NCBI GenBank assembly: GCA_963817895.1
Contig: CAWFQB010000005.1
Span: 480,001 to 544,000 of the forward strand
DNA from: an uncultured Chthonomonadaceae bacterium
GTDB taxonomy: Bacteria; Armatimonadota; Chthonomonadetes; Chthonomonadales; Chthonomonadaceae
Direction of reading: 5' to 3'
DNA: 64,000 bases
The notes below the pieces were generated by a model. The model had not been told where the DNA came from. It saw only the letters and a program-made list of their open reading frames with translations, and ran no database searches. Position numbers and translations under genes: made by a program. Positions 29,283 to 38,427 of the stretch are shown one piece after another. The first letter of the stretch is position 1. Each line of letters begins with the position of its first letter.

Positions 29283-30959
29283 TCAGCGCAGATGCCGCGC
29301 CAGGAAGATGGCGTACAGGCGGCAGCGGAAGCGGGCTTCTTCGAGAGATGCGCCTGTCAGGACGCCCGCCGCGCGCAATCGGTAAAAGGTTTCCGGCGTG
29401 GCGCAGCGTTGCCCGAGGGACAGGGCGCGTACCGCTTCTTTCAATTCCGGGGCGCGGGACAGGGCGGCAAGCATTCGGCGCAGATGTTCGCCAAACGGCC
29501 CGTTCTCCTGATCGGCCTCGGCTTCCAGCGCATCCAGAGGGAGTTGGCGCGTTACCATTGTATCATAGCCGCGCCGCGCCAGGTAGGGATGCCCGCCGAT
29601 CAGGTCGTAAAAACGCGACACTTCCCACTCTGAAAGCGGGCTGCCGTAGCGCCGGTTCAGGTCGGCAAGCTGGTCCGGCGTGAAATCGTCAAGCTGCAAG
29701 CGCGTACCGACATTGAACGGGGACTGGTTGAGGTCCTGAATAAACAAATGCGCTTCCGTCGCGTAGGCAATGGCAAGCGTAAGCCGGGACCAGGGGCCGT
29801 CCGGGTCCAGGGCGCGGCGATTGTGCCAGGAGCGGAACAAGCCGAACACTTCATTGCCGCACGGCAGGGTAAACAGCCTGTCCACCTCATCCAGTCCCCA
29901 CACGAGCGGCGTGTCCGAAGCGGCTAAGGCGACGTTGCACAAAAAGCGCTCCAGATTGCGATTGGCGCTGCGATTGGGATTCCAATGCGCTTCCGGGTCG
30001 GTATCCAATGCGAGCTGGTCCGCCATCTCCTGCGCCAGTTCGCGGTACAGCGCATCGGAGGAACCGAGCGTCGTCTGGGAAAGGCTGTCGAAGTCGGTCA
30101 TCACGACGCGGCTGCCGTTTTGTCGCGCCGTCTGCAAACCGCGCGCCAGCAGGCTGGTTTTGCCCACCTGCCGCGCCCCCTTGACAAGCACGATGCTGTC
30201 CTGTCGCGTAATCGCCTGCGCAAAATTGGCATCGGTGTCATGCAGAATATAAAACGGCGAATTCAGCGGCACGGCTCCGCCATCGGCGTCGAGGGGAAAG
30301 GATGAAGGATGAAGGATGAAGGATGAAGCCTCCCCTTCTTGTATCTTGTATCTTGTATCTTGTATCTTCTCCTCTTCTCCTTGTCTCCCTATCTCCTTGT
30401 CTCCCTCCGGCGCGGGCAGGGACGCCAGCAATGCGGTTATACGTGCGTGGGAACGCTGACAGCGGGCGCGGGCTTCCACTGCCCATGTTTCGCGCCAGCC
30501 GTCAAGGAGAGGCGCGGAACAGAGTTGTAAGGCTTCCCGCCACCCTGCCGCGTTGATTTCCGACTGTGCCAGTTGTTCAAACCGAAGCAAATCCACGTTC
30601 GCGTCATCGAGATTGAAGCGTATCACGCCCCGGCCCGCGCTTTCCACCCGCCACTCGTGATCGCCCAGCGCGCGGCGCAGGGCGCGAACGCCCTGCCGCG
30701 TGGAGGGAAAGTCGCCGCCCGCATATTCGTCGTTCTGTTGCGCTTCGGACGGCCAGAACAGCAGGGCGAGCTGCCGGTATGTGACGAGTTGCCCGTGCCG
30801 AAGGGCGAGATACGCCAGCAGGCGCTCCCCTTCGCGCAGATGCAATCCGGTTAATGGCTTATCGTCAATGGATGCTTCCAGCGCGCCGAAAAGACGCAGC
30901 GTGAGTTCGGAGGAGGCCAACTTTTCTTTTCCCTGCCTTTGCTGCTGTATCTGCCCCAT
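29283..30959 (-). CDS. SARP-like wHTH-BTAD regulator fused to an AAA_35 (STAND-type) ATPase
   Basis: [67 protein letters not shown]; start uncertain (30920-31016). Confidence 0.82.
   Translation of the reverse strand: MGQIQQQRQGKEKLASSELTLRLFGALEASIDDKPLTGLHLREGERLLAYLALRHGQLVTYRQLALLFWPSEAQQNDEYAGGDFPSTRQGVRALRRALGDHEWRVESAGRGVIRFNLDDANVDLLRFEQLAQSEINAAGWREALQLCSAPLLDGWRETWAVEARARCQRSHARITALLASLPAPEGDKEIGRQGEEEKIQDTRYKIQEGEASSFILHPSSFPLDADGGAVPLNSPFYILHDTDANFAQAITRQDSIVLVKGARQVGKTSLLARGLQTARQNGSRVVMTDFDSLSQTTLGSSDALYRELAQEMADQLALDTDPEAHWNPNRSANRNLERFLCNVALAASDTPLVWGLDEVDRLFTLPCGNEVFGLFRSWHNRRALDPDGPWSRLTLAIAYATEAHLFIQDLNQSPFNVGTRLQLDDFTPDQLADLNRRYGSPLSEWEVSRFYDLIGGHPYLARRGYDTMVTRQLPLDALEAEADQENGPFGEHLRRMLAALSRAPELKEAVRALSLGQRCATPETFYRLRAAGVLTGASLEEARFRCRLYAIFLARHLR
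30297..30407 (-). repeat. Composite microsatellite element in frame in the regulator linker
   Basis: (GGAGACAA-like)n-(AGATACA)x4-(TTCATCC)x4; same order and reading frame as the hpnI insert. Confidence 0.85.
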
Positions 30960-31057
30960 GCCTGTTTGCCGCGCTGCATCAAAGCCCTGTCCGTCACACA
31001 GTTTTTGCCTGCACATATTGATATTCGCCTGCCTGCGCTTTGTTTCCTGCTCATCTG

Positions 31058-31121
31058 GTCACGTTAAAATAAAAACTCTGTCACGCTGGTCACGTTAGCG
31101 TCACGCGAAATGGTTTAGAAT
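31058..31121 (+). promoter_or_regulatory. GTCACG direct-repeat activator box plus -10 (TAGAAT)
   Basis: GTCACG at 31058, 31080, 31089, 31100; -10 at 31116-31121, 9 bp after the last GTCACGC. Confidence 0.75.
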
Positions 31122-31270
31122 AGGTTTGTGCCTGCCGGATACGCCCGGACGCGTATCCGGTTCCGGTACAAAAACGGCCTGCCCATTTCCGCAGCAGTTT
31201 TGCAGGACACCGGCTTTGCGCAGGCCGCTCTTATTTTTGCCGTCGCTTTTGCCGTACACAGGGAGAAACC

Positions 31271-32287
31271 ATGATTTGCACTCGTATTTCACTTTTGGGC
31301 GCGTTCGCTCTGGGCGCACTGGCTCTCGCCGCCTGCCGTCCCGCGTCGGCGCAGCTCACGTTTACGTACACGTCCTTCGATGTACCGGGCGCATATACGG
31401 GCGATATAGGCTATGGCACGTACTTCCACGGCATCAGCAACAACGGAACCATCGTTGGCGACTATGATGTAGACGCAAACATGGGTTCAGCCTTCGTCCT
31501 TCAGAATGGCAGCTACACCCATCTCAACTATCCGGGCGCTGTCGCTGGCGACTACACGTATCTCCACGCAGTCAATTCTTCGGGCGTGATGGTGGGCAGT
31601 TATTACCAGGCATCTACCGATAGCCTCATTGATTACATCTACCGCAATGGCGCGTTCATCATTCCTACGCCTACCCATCCCATAAAAGGCCCTCCTGGTT
31701 TTAGCGCTGTGACCGATTCCGGCCTGGTAGCCTCGCAATACCATGATGCCTCCAATGTTGTGCATGGAGCCATCTACAATCTCAACACGGACACGTTCGC
31801 GGATGTCGCTTCGGTTCCCATCAGCGCGACGCAGGATTTCTTTTTGCTCGGCGTCAATGACAGCGGCGATTACGTGGGAAGCTATCTGGATGCCAACGGA
31901 AACATTCAAGGCGCGTTCAATCAGGGCGGAACGTTCACCTACCTCAGCCTTCCGGGCGCGGACTCGACCCGCCCTTCAGGTATTAATTCCAGCGGAATGA
32001 TTACGGGGCGGTACTTCTTTAATAATAGCGCCGATCAAGCCGGTTTCCTCTACGATCACGGGACGTACTACACGCTGCAATATCCGGGCGCGCAGTTCAC
32101 AAACGTAACATACGGCGCCATCAACGACCACAACCAGATCGTCGGCTTCTATCAGGATGCCAACGGCGCGGATCATGGCCTGCTGATACAGATCACGCCC
32201 GAACCCGGCAGCGTGGCTTTGCTGACCGGCATGGTAGTTAGCGGCGGATTATTGCTGCGCCGCGCCCGAAAGCGCCGCGTTTCCTGA
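31271..32287 (+). CDS. PEP-CTERM protein with extracellular GIN-x-G-x-IVG repeats
   Basis: Signal peptide, repeated GISNNGTIVG/GINSSGMITG/AINDHNQIVG, C-terminal TPEPGSVALL-TM-RRARKRR. Confidence 0.88.
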   Translation: MICTRISLLGAFALGALALAACRPASAQLTFTYTSFDVPGAYTGDIGYGTYFHGISNNGTIVGDYDVDANMGSAFVLQNGSYTHLNYPGAVAGDYTYLHAVNSSGVMVGSYYQASTDSLIDYIYRNGAFIIPTPTHPIKGPPGFSAVTDSGLVASQYHDASNVVHGAIYNLNTDTFADVASVPISATQDFFLLGVNDSGDYVGSYLDANGNIQGAFNQGGTFTYLSLPGADSTRPSGINSSGMITGRYFFNNSADQAGFLYDHGTYYTLQYPGAQFTNVTYGAINDHNQIVGFYQDANGADHGLLIQITPEPGSVALLTGMVVSGGLLLRRARKRRVS

Positions 32288-32321
32288 CGCCAGCGAACAG
32301 ACTAAATGCCTCTTTAGCACA

Positions 32322-32480
32322 GTGACCACTCCCCCGGCGTTTACGCCGGGGCTTCTATCCCGTCAAGCGGGAGCACTGTATTGCTCCACAGCGATTTTAA
32401 GTAAGAAGGTTCCTGGCGGCGTTCACGTCCCTATTCAGCACAAGGCCCCCGGCGCATCTGTGAGGAATCGCGCCCCGCTG
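32322..32480 (-). mobile_element. IS200/IS605-family remnant: tnpB 3' tip plus right end
   Basis: GLVLNRDVNAARNL (TnpB RuvC-III motif), then hairpin GAAGCCCCGGCGTAAACGCCGGGGGAG and end TGGTCAC. Confidence 0.8.
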
Positions 32481-32606
32481 CAAGGACCAGACGAGGAACA
32501 GCACACTGCCAAATTGCCGCCGCCAGTTTAACGCGCTCTCTGCGCGTCCTGACGCGGTTGAAAGGCATGTGTGTCCGGGGCATGTACTGTCTGAGGAGCG
32601 GCGAGC

Positions 32607-33107
32607 ATGAAGCAAGTACAGGAAGCGGGCAAGCTGATTGTGAGCAAGGGCGAATACGCGAAGAGACAGAGCCAGCGAGCCGGACAAGGTTTGCTGGGAA
32701 CAGGGCTGTATGTCTCTGCGGTTGTGTGTGGATTTTTGGCTGTGTCTTTGCTCGTCGTTTTCTGGCAGACTCTGATGCTCTACAAACAGAAGGTAGGCAC
32801 TTCTGATGACATAGTAATTTTCCAGTTGAGTGCCATGCTCGGATTTGTTATCCTCAGCGCGCTCTGTGCAGGAACCTGGTTTTTCCGCAAGTCGGCTTTA
32901 CTTATTCTCAAGCAGGCGAAAGAAATGGAAATGGGCATTCCCCTCACCCGCGCCAACACTGCCAACCTACCCACCCTCAACAGCCTGGTACGCGCCAGTC
33001 AGGAACCCATTCAGGCGCAAGGGGCCGTGCTGCTGCGAGCGGCTGTGGGAACGCAGGAGAGGCCGCAGGAACAACTGCTCAGGGCGTCGGCAAAAGAGCA
33101 GGATTAA
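32607..33107 (+). CDS. Two-TM hypothetical membrane protein
   Basis: GAGGAG RBS, two hydrophobic helices, C-terminal LVRAS/LLRAA/LLRAS repeats. Confidence 0.65.
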   Translation: MKQVQEAGKLIVSKGEYAKRQSQRAGQGLLGTGLYVSAVVCGFLAVSLLVVFWQTLMLYKQKVGTSDDIVIFQLSAMLGFVILSALCAGTWFFRKSALLILKQAKEMEMGIPLTRANTANLPTLNSLVRASQEPIQAQGAVLLRAAVGTQERPQEQLLRASAKEQD

Positions 33108-33289
33108 AACCGGCGCGGCGCGGTTTTCGGTTGTTACGGCAAACTGGTTCCCCTGCGGCGAAAAGTCGCCCCGCGTATAATCCGCGCTCTGCAAAGGTTG
33201 CGCCCATCACTGTCAAGCCGGAACCGCCTTTTTCGGTCAGGGAACACACAAACGCTTCGTCCTCCGTTTCGCGCTCCAGATTATACAGG

Positions 33290-33490
33290 TACAGCGATAA
33301 AATGTCTGTTCCGTAATGCCAGGTTTACGGCAGGCGTCGGCGACCAACGTGCCGCCTTCCACCAACCTCAAGGTGGCGACGATCTGTTCCTGCGTGAACT
33401 CTTCTTCATGGTCTGGTTCATTCAGAAGGAAAGTTCAAGATATGCCCGCTCCTCACCTTCCAAACAGTCCAGATTTTCGGGAATGTGTCA
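33290..33490 (-). mobile_element. IS3-family remnant (left end plus truncated orfA)
   Basis: Starts 5'-TG (TGACACATTCCCGAAAATCTGGAC); from ATG 33409, with one indel, reads MKK..FTQEQIVATLRLVEGGTLVADACRKPGITEQTFYR (OrfA HTH). Confidence 0.75.
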
Positions 33491-33591
33491 CTTATGGCGA
33501 AGACGCATTGTGCCAGAGATCGACAGACAAGCCCCCGGCTGTAAGGAGGAACCATATCTGCGTTGAATATTATCCTGTACTCGGAACAGAG

Positions 33592-36500
33592 TTACGGTGA
33601 TGAGGTAATGTGCGTGGCATCGGCAAACCATATTTTAGCGCCATCGTAAGAGCCGATTACGAGACGCTTGCCGTCAGGAGAGAAAGCAACCACCTGGAGT
33701 TCTCCCGAGCCTGTAAAGCCTTTTAGCGTGAGCAGTTCCTGGCCGCTGTGGGCGTCCCATATCTTCACCGTTTTATCTGCATAGCCCGTAGCGATGCGTT
33801 TGCCGTCCGGGGAGAAAGCGACAGAACTGACTAGGCTGACATATCCTTTCAGGATGAACTGCTCCTTTCCTGTTGCCACGTTCCATACGCTCACTATGCC
33901 GTCTTCGCTGCTCGCTGCAAGCTGCCTGCCATTCGGAGAGAAAGCAACCGCTCTAACGTCGGCTGAAAGTCCTGTGAATCCGGGAAGTTCCTTGCCGGTG
34001 AGACTGAAAATCTCCTTGCCGGTGACGGCATCATATACCTTCACCACTCTATTCCTGCCGCCTATAGCGATGCGCTTGCCGTCAGAAGACAGGGCTGCCG
34101 AGGTGTAATTGCGCGTGTCTGTTTTGAGATTGAGAAGTTCCTTGCCCGTAATCGTGTCCCAAACGTGGACGGTTTTACCCCAGCTGTCTGCCGTGAGGAT
34201 GCGTTTCCCGTCCGGGAAGAAAGCGGCAAACTCGACTGGAGATGTATGCCCTTTGAGTTTGAGAAGTTCCTTGCCGGTTGCCACCTCCCACACCCTGGTT
34301 GTATATTCTTTTGCGGTGTAGTCTGCGCTGCCCGTTACAAGCCGCTTGCCATTCGGAGAAAAGGCCGCAGCATTTATTACTTCGCCTTTTGCAAATCTCT
34401 GTATGGGTGTCAGGATTTCCTTTCCTGTTGTTGTGTCCCACATAGCGAATTTGAGCCCGCCTGTTACAAGCCGCTTGCTGTCAGGAGAAAAGGCAACTGT
34501 GTAGACATTGCTGGATTCTTTGCGAAGCGTAAGAGACTCCCGGCTGCTCTGTGGCGTCCATATCTTTGCCGTACCGTCCATACTGCCGGTAGCAATTCGC
34601 TTGCCATCAGGAGAAATCGCAACCCCCAAAACGTGATACTTATGTCCCTTGAGGGTAAGCGGATTGCGGTAATCCGCATCCCATGCTGTGCCGTCCTGTC
34701 CAGCCTTTCTACTCCACACGATTGCTGTGCTGTCTTCACGGCCTGCGACAATCCCAAGATTAGGCGAGAAGGCGATACATGTAATGCCGCCGGTATGTTC
34801 AAGAGGTACGCGAGTCGCTTTGTCGGTTGTCACGTCCCATACGCTTACGCCTTCGTTGCTGCGGCTGCTGACAAGGAGTTCGCTGTCGGAAACGAAGACG
34901 ATGGGATCGACGGACGCAAAAAACAGTGTGTTGAGCGCCTTGCCGGTTGCGGCCTCCCGTACCGTTATGTCATTTCCACCGGCTGTTGCGATGCGCTTGC
35001 CGTCAGGAGAGTAAACAACGGATCTGTAGAATGGTCATTCAGGGTGAACAGTTCCTGACCTGTCTGTGCGTCCCACACTCTTGCCGTTGTGTCGTTACTG
35101 CCCGTGACGAGTCGCTTGCTATCAGGAGAAAACGCAACAGACGCGACAACGCTGGTATGTCCATTAAGCGTCAGCAGCACCTTGCCTGTCTGCGCGTCCC
35201 ACACCCTGGCTGTCTTATCTTCACTGCCGGTTGCGATGCGCCTGCCATCAGGAGAGACTGCGACGGACACAACGGCGGAGGTATGCCCCTTGCAGGTGAA
35301 CAGTTCCTGACCTGTCTGTGCGTCCCACACCTTTGCGGTTTTGTCATAACTGCCCGTAACGAGACGCTTGCCATCGGGAGAAAACGCAACAGACTTGACA
35401 ACGCTGGTATGTCCGTTGAGGGTGAGCTTGTCTCGATGACAAAGCCATTTCCAGTACTCCCATTCGAACATGCCGCGCCCGCGCGCACTAGTCTGGTCGA
35501 GCAGTTCCCTTAAATTTCCAATGCTGTTGGTTTCCCAATCGCGCTGTATCAAAGCCATGTCCGCGACATACAGGTTGCGGTTGGCTTCTGCGGCGTTACG
35601 CTGTGCGGCAATTTTGGCCTTTGACTCAGAGTGACGAGCGTTGTTGGCAGCGTGAGCGGACCGTTTTGCCGCTTCACTCTGCTTCACTTCGCGGACGGCG
35701 GCGTCCCGCGCCCTCTGCGTCTGCCGGACGGCTTCTGTTTTGGCATCTTCAGCCTTTTGCCGCGGCCTTAGCCCTTATCAGCGCGTCCGACTTGACTGCC
35801 TCGCTCCTCCGGGCGTTCTCCGCGCTCTTGTTCGCATCTTCGGTCTTCCGGGTGGCAATCAAAGCGTTGCGATTGGCGCGGTCGGTTTCGTCACGCGCAA
35901 CGCGGGCGTTGTGGACAGCCCACACAGCGAGGGAGGCAACGACACTCAGCACCAGGCCGGAAATTGCTCCTGCCAGGGACAGACCCCGCTTGAAGGCTTG
36001 CTTCTGTCTTCGGAGTTCCGCGTCAGGGAGGTGCTGCTCGACCCACGCCACATCAAAGACTTGCGCGTAGATGCGATTTCGCACTCGCAAATCTCCCTCC
36101 ACTACTTTGACGATCCCGGACAGGCGCAGCACGTCGTGCAGAGGATTGGTGGCGTCATCCCGGAATTTGCGGCCGCGCAGCAGTTGGCGGTACAAATCGA
36201 GGAGAGCAGTCCTGTCCACGTCCCCATGCAGCAGGCGACTGCGCGCGAACGCCAGATTGTCGTCTGCCAGCTGTGCCCGCTTGCTCAGGAACAGGGCTTC
36301 ACACGCGCTGTCCACATCCCGCCGAGTCAACGGTTCTGCCTGCGCCGTCTGTTCGCCCGTCTGCTCCGCAAGCGCCCGGCACAACATCTGCGTCAGGTAA
36401 GGATGCCCGTCCGTCCAGTACAAAATACAATTCAGGGTTGAAGCCGGGGAGAAAGGAAACAGGAGAAATGAGAAAGTCTGTGCCTCGCTGCTTTCTCCTG

Positions 36501-37169
36501 TTTCCTTTCTCCTTTCTCCTAATCCCTGTGCGAGTGGCGCGGCTTCTTCCGGGGTGAAATCGGTCAGTTCTATTCGGGTGCCGATGTTGAAGGGCGTGGT
36601 GCGAGGGTCGCGGATCAAGTCGGTGGGGGCCGCTACGCCGAGCAGACAAAAGGTAAGGCGCGTATAGGCGACATCCTGCGCGCGACGGTTGTAACACTCG
36701 CGGATACCGGCGAAAAATTCATCGGTGGAGAACGGCAGGCTGCGAACCGCGTCGATCTCGTCCACGAAGATGCAGATGGGGTGAGCGTCCTGTAAAACGA
36801 TCTGGCGCAGAGCCATCATCCACTTCTGCATCGGTGACAGACGTTCATGCCGCAGCCAGAAGGCTTCCAATTCGTCTTCCAGATGCAATTGCTCGGCGAT
36901 CAGGGTGAGCAGGCCATCGTACCACGCTTCCACGCTCACGTTCTGGCCGATAGCGGTCAAATCAAGGACGGCGACGCGAACGCCTTCCGCGCGCAAGGCT
37001 TGCGCGGTTCGCACCATGAGGGAGGATTTGCCGATCTGCCGCGTGTTGAGGACGTAGCAAAACTCGCTCTGCCGCAGCGCTGCCAGCAAATCCGTGTCGG
37101 CGCAGCGCGCGACATAAAATCCGCGTTAAGGGGCAGTGTGCCGCCGGTGATATAAAAGTTGTCGCGCAT
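33592..37169 (-). CDS. AAA_35 ATPase - TM - coiled coil - WD40 beta-propeller protein (several indels)
   Basis: FYITGGTL, FCYVLNTRQIGKSS, IFVDEID, TPFNIG, WTDGHPYLTQ, TM GLSLAG..LAVWAV, FEWEYW, many GH..V..VAFSPDG WD40 repeats; pieces are ORFs 36957-37199, 35749-37089, 34965-35687 and 33592-34833. Confidence 0.82.
36448..36512. repeat. 21-bp perfect inverted repeat, in frame within the AAA_35 domain
   Basis: GGAGAAAGGAAACAGGAGAAA (36448-36468) / TTTCTCCTGTTTCCTTTCTCC (36492-36512). Confidence 0.8.
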
Positions 37170-37321
37170 GGGTTTTGGGCCGTAATCTTGTCCGCTCAAT
37201 TAAAAAAGGCAAGCGCGTTCGCGCGGCGCGGTTCACGACGGCAGATTTGCCGCCGCGCCGGAAGCGGGCTGCTATTATTCTTGCACAAGATCGAGCGAAA
37301 TTTACGCGAGGAACCCCATTG

Positions 37322-37396
37322 GTCACGCAATGCCGCAAAAGCAGTCACGCTGGTCACGTTAGCGTCACGCTGCCGTCACGCGGGTTGGCATATACT
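37322..37396 (+). promoter_or_regulatory. GTCACG direct-repeat activator box plus -10 (TATACT)
   Basis: GTCACG at 37322, 37344, 37353, 37364, 37375; -10 at 37391-37396, 9 bp after the last GTCACGC; 37344-37370 identical to 31080-31106. Confidence 0.78.
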
Positions 37397-37505
37397 GAAC
37401 ATGACCCTGCCGCAAGCGCGGCGAGATAATCACTCTGCGCTATCCGCTGCCCGGAAACATTCGGCGCAGCCACTCATTGAACATTGAACAATGGAACATT
37501 GAACG

Positions 37506-38297
37506 ATGAAAAGGAAGACCATGCGAACTCACACACCCAACACGCGGCATTTAACCCGCAACCGGGCTTTCACTCTGATTGAACTGCTCGTAGTCATTGC
37601 CATTATCGCCATTCTTGCGGCGATACTGTTTCCCGTGTTTGCCCAGGCGCGGGAAAAGGCGCGTTCCACTTCGTGTCTGAGCAACACGAAACAGATTGGC
37701 CTGGCAACCGCGCAGTACACGCAGGACTATGACGAAATGGCGACGCCCGCGGAAATGCGCCCTTCGGATACTCTGCCTATCACCTGGGCGCAACTGCTCA
37801 CGCCGTACACCAAAAACGCGCAAATACAGCGCTGTCCCAGCGCGGCCAACAGAACAGCGGTCAGCGCCTTTCTTACCAATCCCGGCCCCTCCGGCTTTGT
37901 CAATCCCACGCATCTGGACTACGTGATGAACGCGCGGGCGGGATACAACCAGTATTACACGCTTGCCCTCGCGCAGGTCAACAATCCCGCCGGATGGGTC
38001 TATGTTTGCGATGGCGCGACACAGGCCGACCCTACCGCAAAGGACAAGCATTATATCACGGCCGCTTCCCCTTACAAACCGACGGCCTATATGCTGGAGG
38101 ATATGGCGGGAATGCCGAACTGGCCGGATTCAGCGCAGTTTGTGGCTTCAACCAATACGGAGTGGGCCGCGCCCATTCTGCGGCATCAGGGCCTGACAAA
38201 TACCCTGTTCTTTGATGGTCATGCCAAAGCCGCACACGCGGATCAGTGGTACTACCCGAATACGCCCTGGCTGGACCCGGCAGGCGCGGGCAACTAA
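37506..38297 (+). CDS. DUF1559-type prepilin-like protein
   Basis: [45 protein letters not shown]-terminal H-x9-DGH. Confidence 0.92.
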   Translation: MKRKTMRTHTPNTRHLTRNRAFTLIELLVVIAIIAILAAILFPVFAQAREKARSTSCLSNTKQIGLATAQYTQDYDEMATPAEMRPSDTLPITWAQLLTPYTKNAQIQRCPSAANRTAVSAFLTNPGPSGFVNPTHLDYVMNARAGYNQYYTLALAQVNNPAGWVYVCDGATQADPTAKDKHYITAASPYKPTAYMLEDMAGMPNWPDSAQFVASTNTEWAAPILRHQGLTNTLFFDGHAKAAHADQWYYPNTPWLDPAGAGN

Positions 38298-38313
38298 GAA
38301 CCTGTTCCAAATG

Positions 38314-38356
38314 GCCCTCAACCCCTGACCCCTTCTCCCAAAGTTGGGAGAAGGGG
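38314..38356 (+). repeat. CCCTCA..CCCCTTCTCCCA/TGGGAGAAGGGG palindromic element (copy 2)
   Basis: Matches 26721-26767. Confidence 0.75.
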
Positions 38357-38427
38357 AACCTGTTGAGATAAACGTCCAATTACGAGCAACACACTCTCAA
38401 CGACTTGCGCCGTGAAAAGGAGACACC

